A stretch of 64,000 nucleotides of DNA from Narcine bancroftii (taxonomy: Eukaryota): contig NC_091471.1 in NCBI RefSeq assembly GCF_036971445.1, positions 234,980,001 to 235,044,000 on the forward strand. Direction: 5' to 3'. The position numbers and the translations under genes are program-made. This document shows, one piece after another, positions 60,137 to 64,000 of the stretch. The notes beneath the pieces were generated by a model that saw only the letters and a list, made by a program, of their open reading frames with translations, ran no database searches and was not told the origin of the DNA. How positions within the stretch are numbered: the first letter of the stretch is position 1; each line of letters starts with the position of its first letter.

Positions 60137-62320
60137 GGAAGGAAACTCAAGGGTGGTAATCTTGGGATTGCTGCCTGTGCCACACGCCAGTGAGGGTAAG
60201 AATGGGAAGTTGTGGCAGATGAATGGGTGGCTGACGAGTTGGGGCAGGGGTGCAGATTTACGGATCATTGGGATCTCTTCTGGAGAAGGTCTGATCTGTA
60301 CAAAAAGGACAGGCTGCACCTGAACTGGAGAGGGATCAATGTCTTGGTGGGCAGATTTGCTCGAGCTGTTGGGGAGAATTTAAACTAGTTTGGCAGGGGA
60401 TGGGAGAGAATAAGGCAAAGGTGGAAAGGTGTTGTGGATTTGTGAGGAAGGACAGACAGGGGTAAATGTCAGTTGGAGGGGGTGATGTGTCTATTTCAAT
60501 GCTCAGAGTATTAGGAATAAAGAGGATGAACTTAAAGCATGGATCAGTACATAGAACTATGATGTGGCTGTTACAGAAACTTGGTTGGAGGAAGGGCAGG
60601 ATCGGCTGATGCAGTACTGAGGATTTTGGTCTTTTAAAAGGGGAGGGGAGTAGCATTACTGGTCAGGGATAGAATCACAGCTGTAGAAAGGGAGGATGCT
60701 GTAGAGCAAGTGTCTACAGAGTCAGTGTGGGAGGAAGTCGGAAGGCCAAGTAGCCCTTGGGATCTGAGGAACAGATAAGCAGACAGATTTTGGAATGGTG
60801 CAGAAATTTCAGGGTTGTTGTCATAGTAGACTTCAACTTTCTAAATATTGACTGGCACCTTCTGATTCCAAGAGGGATAGATGGGACAGAATTTGTCAGG
60901 TGTGATCAAGAAGGATTCCTGACATAGCTGATGAGGCCATACTGAATCTAATACTGGATAATAAACCTGGTCAGGTGGCAGACCTCTCTTTGGGGGAATG
61001 TTTCAGTGATGGTGACCACAATGCCCTGAGCTTTATCATAACTATTGACGAGGTTAAAAGCAGACAAAATGGGAACATGTTTAATTGGGGAAGGGCTAAC
61101 TACAATGGGATGAGGCAGGAACTAGGAAGAGTAAATTGGGAACAGAAGAAAGCACAGAAGTAATGTGGAGGAAGTTTAGGGACCACTTAATCATGGGTTC
61201 AAGATCAGTTTGTCCCACTGGGTCAGGGATGGTAGGGAAAATGAACCGTGGCTGATGAAGTTGGTCAGGCAGCTCGTCAAGTGGAAGAAAGAAGCTTACA
61301 TTAGATATAGGAGGCAGGAAACAGGAAAGACTCATGAGAAGTCTATCGTAGCCAGGAAGGAACTCGAGAAAGGACTTAGGAAAGCTGGAAGGGCGCATGA
61401 GAGGGCCTTGGCATGTAGAATTAAGGAACACCCCAAGGCGTCCTATGCATACGTGAAGAGCAGAAGGATGCCGAGAATGAAGGTGGGACTGCTAAAGGAT
61501 CAAGGAAGCAACATGTGTCTGGAGGTGGAAAAGGTTGGAGAGGTCCTAAATTAATACTTTGCTTCTGTATTTACCAGAGAAAAGGACCTTGACCAGGGTG
61601 AGGTCACAGGCTTGTGTGCTCAACAATGTACAGATTAAGGAAGAGGAAGTGTTTGGATCTTCTTAAAAACATCCATATTGATGTCCCTGGGGCCGGATGC
61701 GATTATAGCCCTGGTTGCTATGAGGTGAAGGAAGAGATCGCTGGGGCAGTGGCGATGATCTTTGATTCCTCCTTGGTCACAGGGGAGGTGCCGGAGGGTT
61801 GGAGAACGGCAAATGTAGTTGCCTTGTGCAAAGCAGGTAATAGGGAGGACCCTGGGAATTTTAGATGGCAAACTATTGGAGAGGATAAGGAAGAACAGGA
61901 TCGATGAGCATTTGGAGAGGTCCCGTCTACTCAAGGATAGTCAGCAGGGCTTTGTGAAGGGAAGGTCGGGACTCACGAGCCTAATTGAGACTTTTGAGGA
62001 GGTAACAAAAGAATTTGATGAAAGAAGGGTGAGAGAAGTGGTCGACGTGGATTTTAGCCAGGATTTGGAAAGGTCCCACATGAGAGAATTGTTCAGAAAG
62101 TTATGAGGCTCGGGATCAGTGGAACCTTGGCTGTGTGGATAAAATATTGGCTGGCAGGTAGAAAGCATAGAGTCGTCGTGGATGGAACGTTTTCTTCCTG
62201 GAGGTGGGTGACTAGTGGAGGGGCCACAGGGATCTGTTCTGGGACCCCGGCTCTTTGGGATTTTTATAAATGACCTGGATGAAGAGGCAGAAGGATGGGT
62301 CAGTCAGTTTGCAGGTGACA

Positions 62321-62465
62321 CGAAGGTTGGAGGAGGTGGGGATGGAGCTGAAGGTTGGAGGAGGTGGGGATGGAGCTGAAGGATGAAGGAGGTGCGGATG
62401 GAGCTGAAGGTTGGAGGAGGTGCGGATGGAGCTGAAGGTTGGAGGAGGTGCGGATGAAGCTGAAG
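62321..62465 (+). repeat. 28-bp tandem amplification inside CR1 RT (GAAGGTTGGAGGAGGTGCGGATGGAGCT x5)
   Basis: Follows FAGDT directly; the CR1 sequence resumes in register. Confidence 0.85.
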
Positions 62466-62884
62466 TTTGTCATGTTGACAAAAAGATATAGACAGGATGA
62501 AGAGTTGGGCAGAAAAGTGACAGATGGAGTTCAATCTGTGTAAGTGTGAGGTGATGCATTTTGGAAACCTGGAGGCTGAGTACAGGGTTAATGGTCGGTT
62601 ATTTAAGAGTGTGGATGAACAGAGGGTCCAAATCCATACATCCCTCAAAGTCACCGCACAAGATTGACAAGATAGTTAAGAGGGCCTATGGGCCTCATTA
62701 GTTGGGGAATTGAGTTCAGGAGTCACGAGGTCATGTTACAACTCTACAAATCTCTGGTAGAGTATTGTGTTCAGTTCTGGTCACCTCATTATAGGAAAGA
62801 TGTTGAAGCTATGGAGAGGGGGCAGAGGAGATTCACCAGGATGTTGTCTGGATTGGGAAACAAGTCTTATAAGACAAGATTAGC

Positions 62885-63240
62885 AGATCCCAGCCCCAAG
62901 GAGTGTGAGCTGGATTATGGGCCCCAGTCGTGGAGTATATACATCTCCCCCTGACAGTGCGGCTCCCTCAATCCTGGCCCCAGGGAGGGTGGGCCTGGAT
63001 TATGGGCCCTGGTCCCGGAGTATATACATCTCCCCCTGACAGTGTGGTTCCCTCAGTCCCGGTCCCGGAGAATGTGGGCCTGGATTATGGGCCCTAAACC
63101 GGGAATATATACATCTCCCCCTGACAGTGCGGCTCCCTCAATCCTGGCCCTGGGGAGGGTGGTCCTGGATTATGGGCCCCAATCCTGGAGTATATACATC
63201 TCCCCCCATACCGACAGGCAGCTCCCTCAGTCCCAGTGGG
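62885..63240 (+). repeat. SINE-derived-looking ~80-bp tandem repeat
   Basis: Same family as 15990-16212 and 18170-18420. Confidence 0.75.
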
Positions 63241-63249
63241 ACATCCTAC

Positions 63250-63407
63250 CTGAGCTGGTCTTGCCAACTTTGCTGGGGGTGCAGTGGTTCTTCACAATGC
63301 TGGGAGGGTTGTCAGATGGAGGGGACATCCTCTCAGGGGCTGGGGGATCATTGTGCTCCACATCTGGCGGAGACACTGCTTCATGGCGCAGGATGTTGAT
63401 TAAGGCT
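63250..63407 (-). CDS. SHISA7: SHISA7 coding exon 2 (exon 1 lies beyond the window)
   Basis: RALINILRHE...KNHCTP resembles SHISA6/7 RALxDILRxQ...KNxYxP; CCCCCTCAG acceptor (phase 2), CAG|GTAGGA donor (phase 1). Confidence 0.85.
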
Positions 63408-64000
63408 CTGAGGGGGTGGAGGAGGAGAGAGAGGGGAGGGAAGGGGGATAAGAACCATGTAGGTCAGGTTCGAGGAGCAGAAACAGCAAATAGGTGAGCT
63501 AAGATTCGCCACACCCTGGGAACAGACCCAGTGGGAATCCCTGAACATCCCTCCCATTGTGGTATATCGAGACGGGAGCCCCTCACATCTCTCCAGGGGC
63601 ATTACATCGAGAGGGGAATCCTTCACAGCCCTCTCAATATCATTATATCGAGGCTGGAACCTGAAGGGTCCTCCTGAATTGTAATTGAGAGGGGTACCTC
63701 TTGTCTTTCTCAATGCACTCCATCAAGAAGGATGCCCCTCAGATCCCTCCCAATATCGTATATTAAGAGAGGAACCCCTCACATCCATGCCAATGTGTCA
63801 CATCGAGAAGGGTACCCTACAAATCTTTCCCCTTGTGTCACATCTTGAGGGGAACCATACATGTCCTTTCTGAAGCATTACATCACAAGGATAAGCTGAC
63901 ACTTCCATCCCGTCATGCCACATCAAACAGGAAAACCTCCACATTCCTCCTGGTTCTTTACACTGTCCCTCCTGGTATGTTACATCTACAGGAGAACCCC

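Larger units (their letters stand above)
59066..62885 (+). mobile_element. Long decayed CR1 LINE (ORF1 SGNH esterase; ORF2 endonuclease and RT)
   Basis: ORF1: AIVTGDLLVR, CLTGA, DVVIHVGTN, KDRLHLN. ORF2: FNAQSIRNK, VTETWLE, DFNF, GECFSDGDHN, VPEGWRTANV, SQQGFVKGRS, QGSVLGP, FAGDTKVG. Many stops and frameshifts. Confidence 0.92.

Overview
Vertebrate genomic DNA that is GC-rich and dense in repeats. The CR1, RTE and Rex-type LINEs and the minisatellite families suggest a cartilaginous fish, but that is inference. Three spliced genes were assembled by hand. (1) A complete 9-coding-exon IZUMO1-type sperm-egg fusion gene on + (2870-19566, 327 aa: signal peptide, Izumo domain, Ig domain, TM, short tail); the ORF track shows it only in fragments. 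(2) UBE2S on + (28184-31994, 4 exons, 208 aa), with a CCAAT/CHR promoter and Gln instead of Lys at the +5 autoubiquitination position. (3) Coding exons 2-6 of SHISA7 on - (63407-55047, EVTV C-terminus), probably with an ~8 kb 3' UTR. Intron 2 of the IZUMO gene holds a decayed class I endogenous retrovirus (5994-12433, - strand, tRNA-Pro PBS, 531-bp LTRs). It lacks RT and the Env TM ectodomain and has a foreign solo LTR inserted in gag. Between IZUMO and UBE2S, two Gypsy 3' ends are joined back to back with nested insertions. A 12-kb 27-bp minisatellite and a ~53-bp array both appear to derive from the same EQRDLG-coding segment of CR1 ORF2. Almost all long ORFs in the track are artefacts of stop-free tandem repeats.
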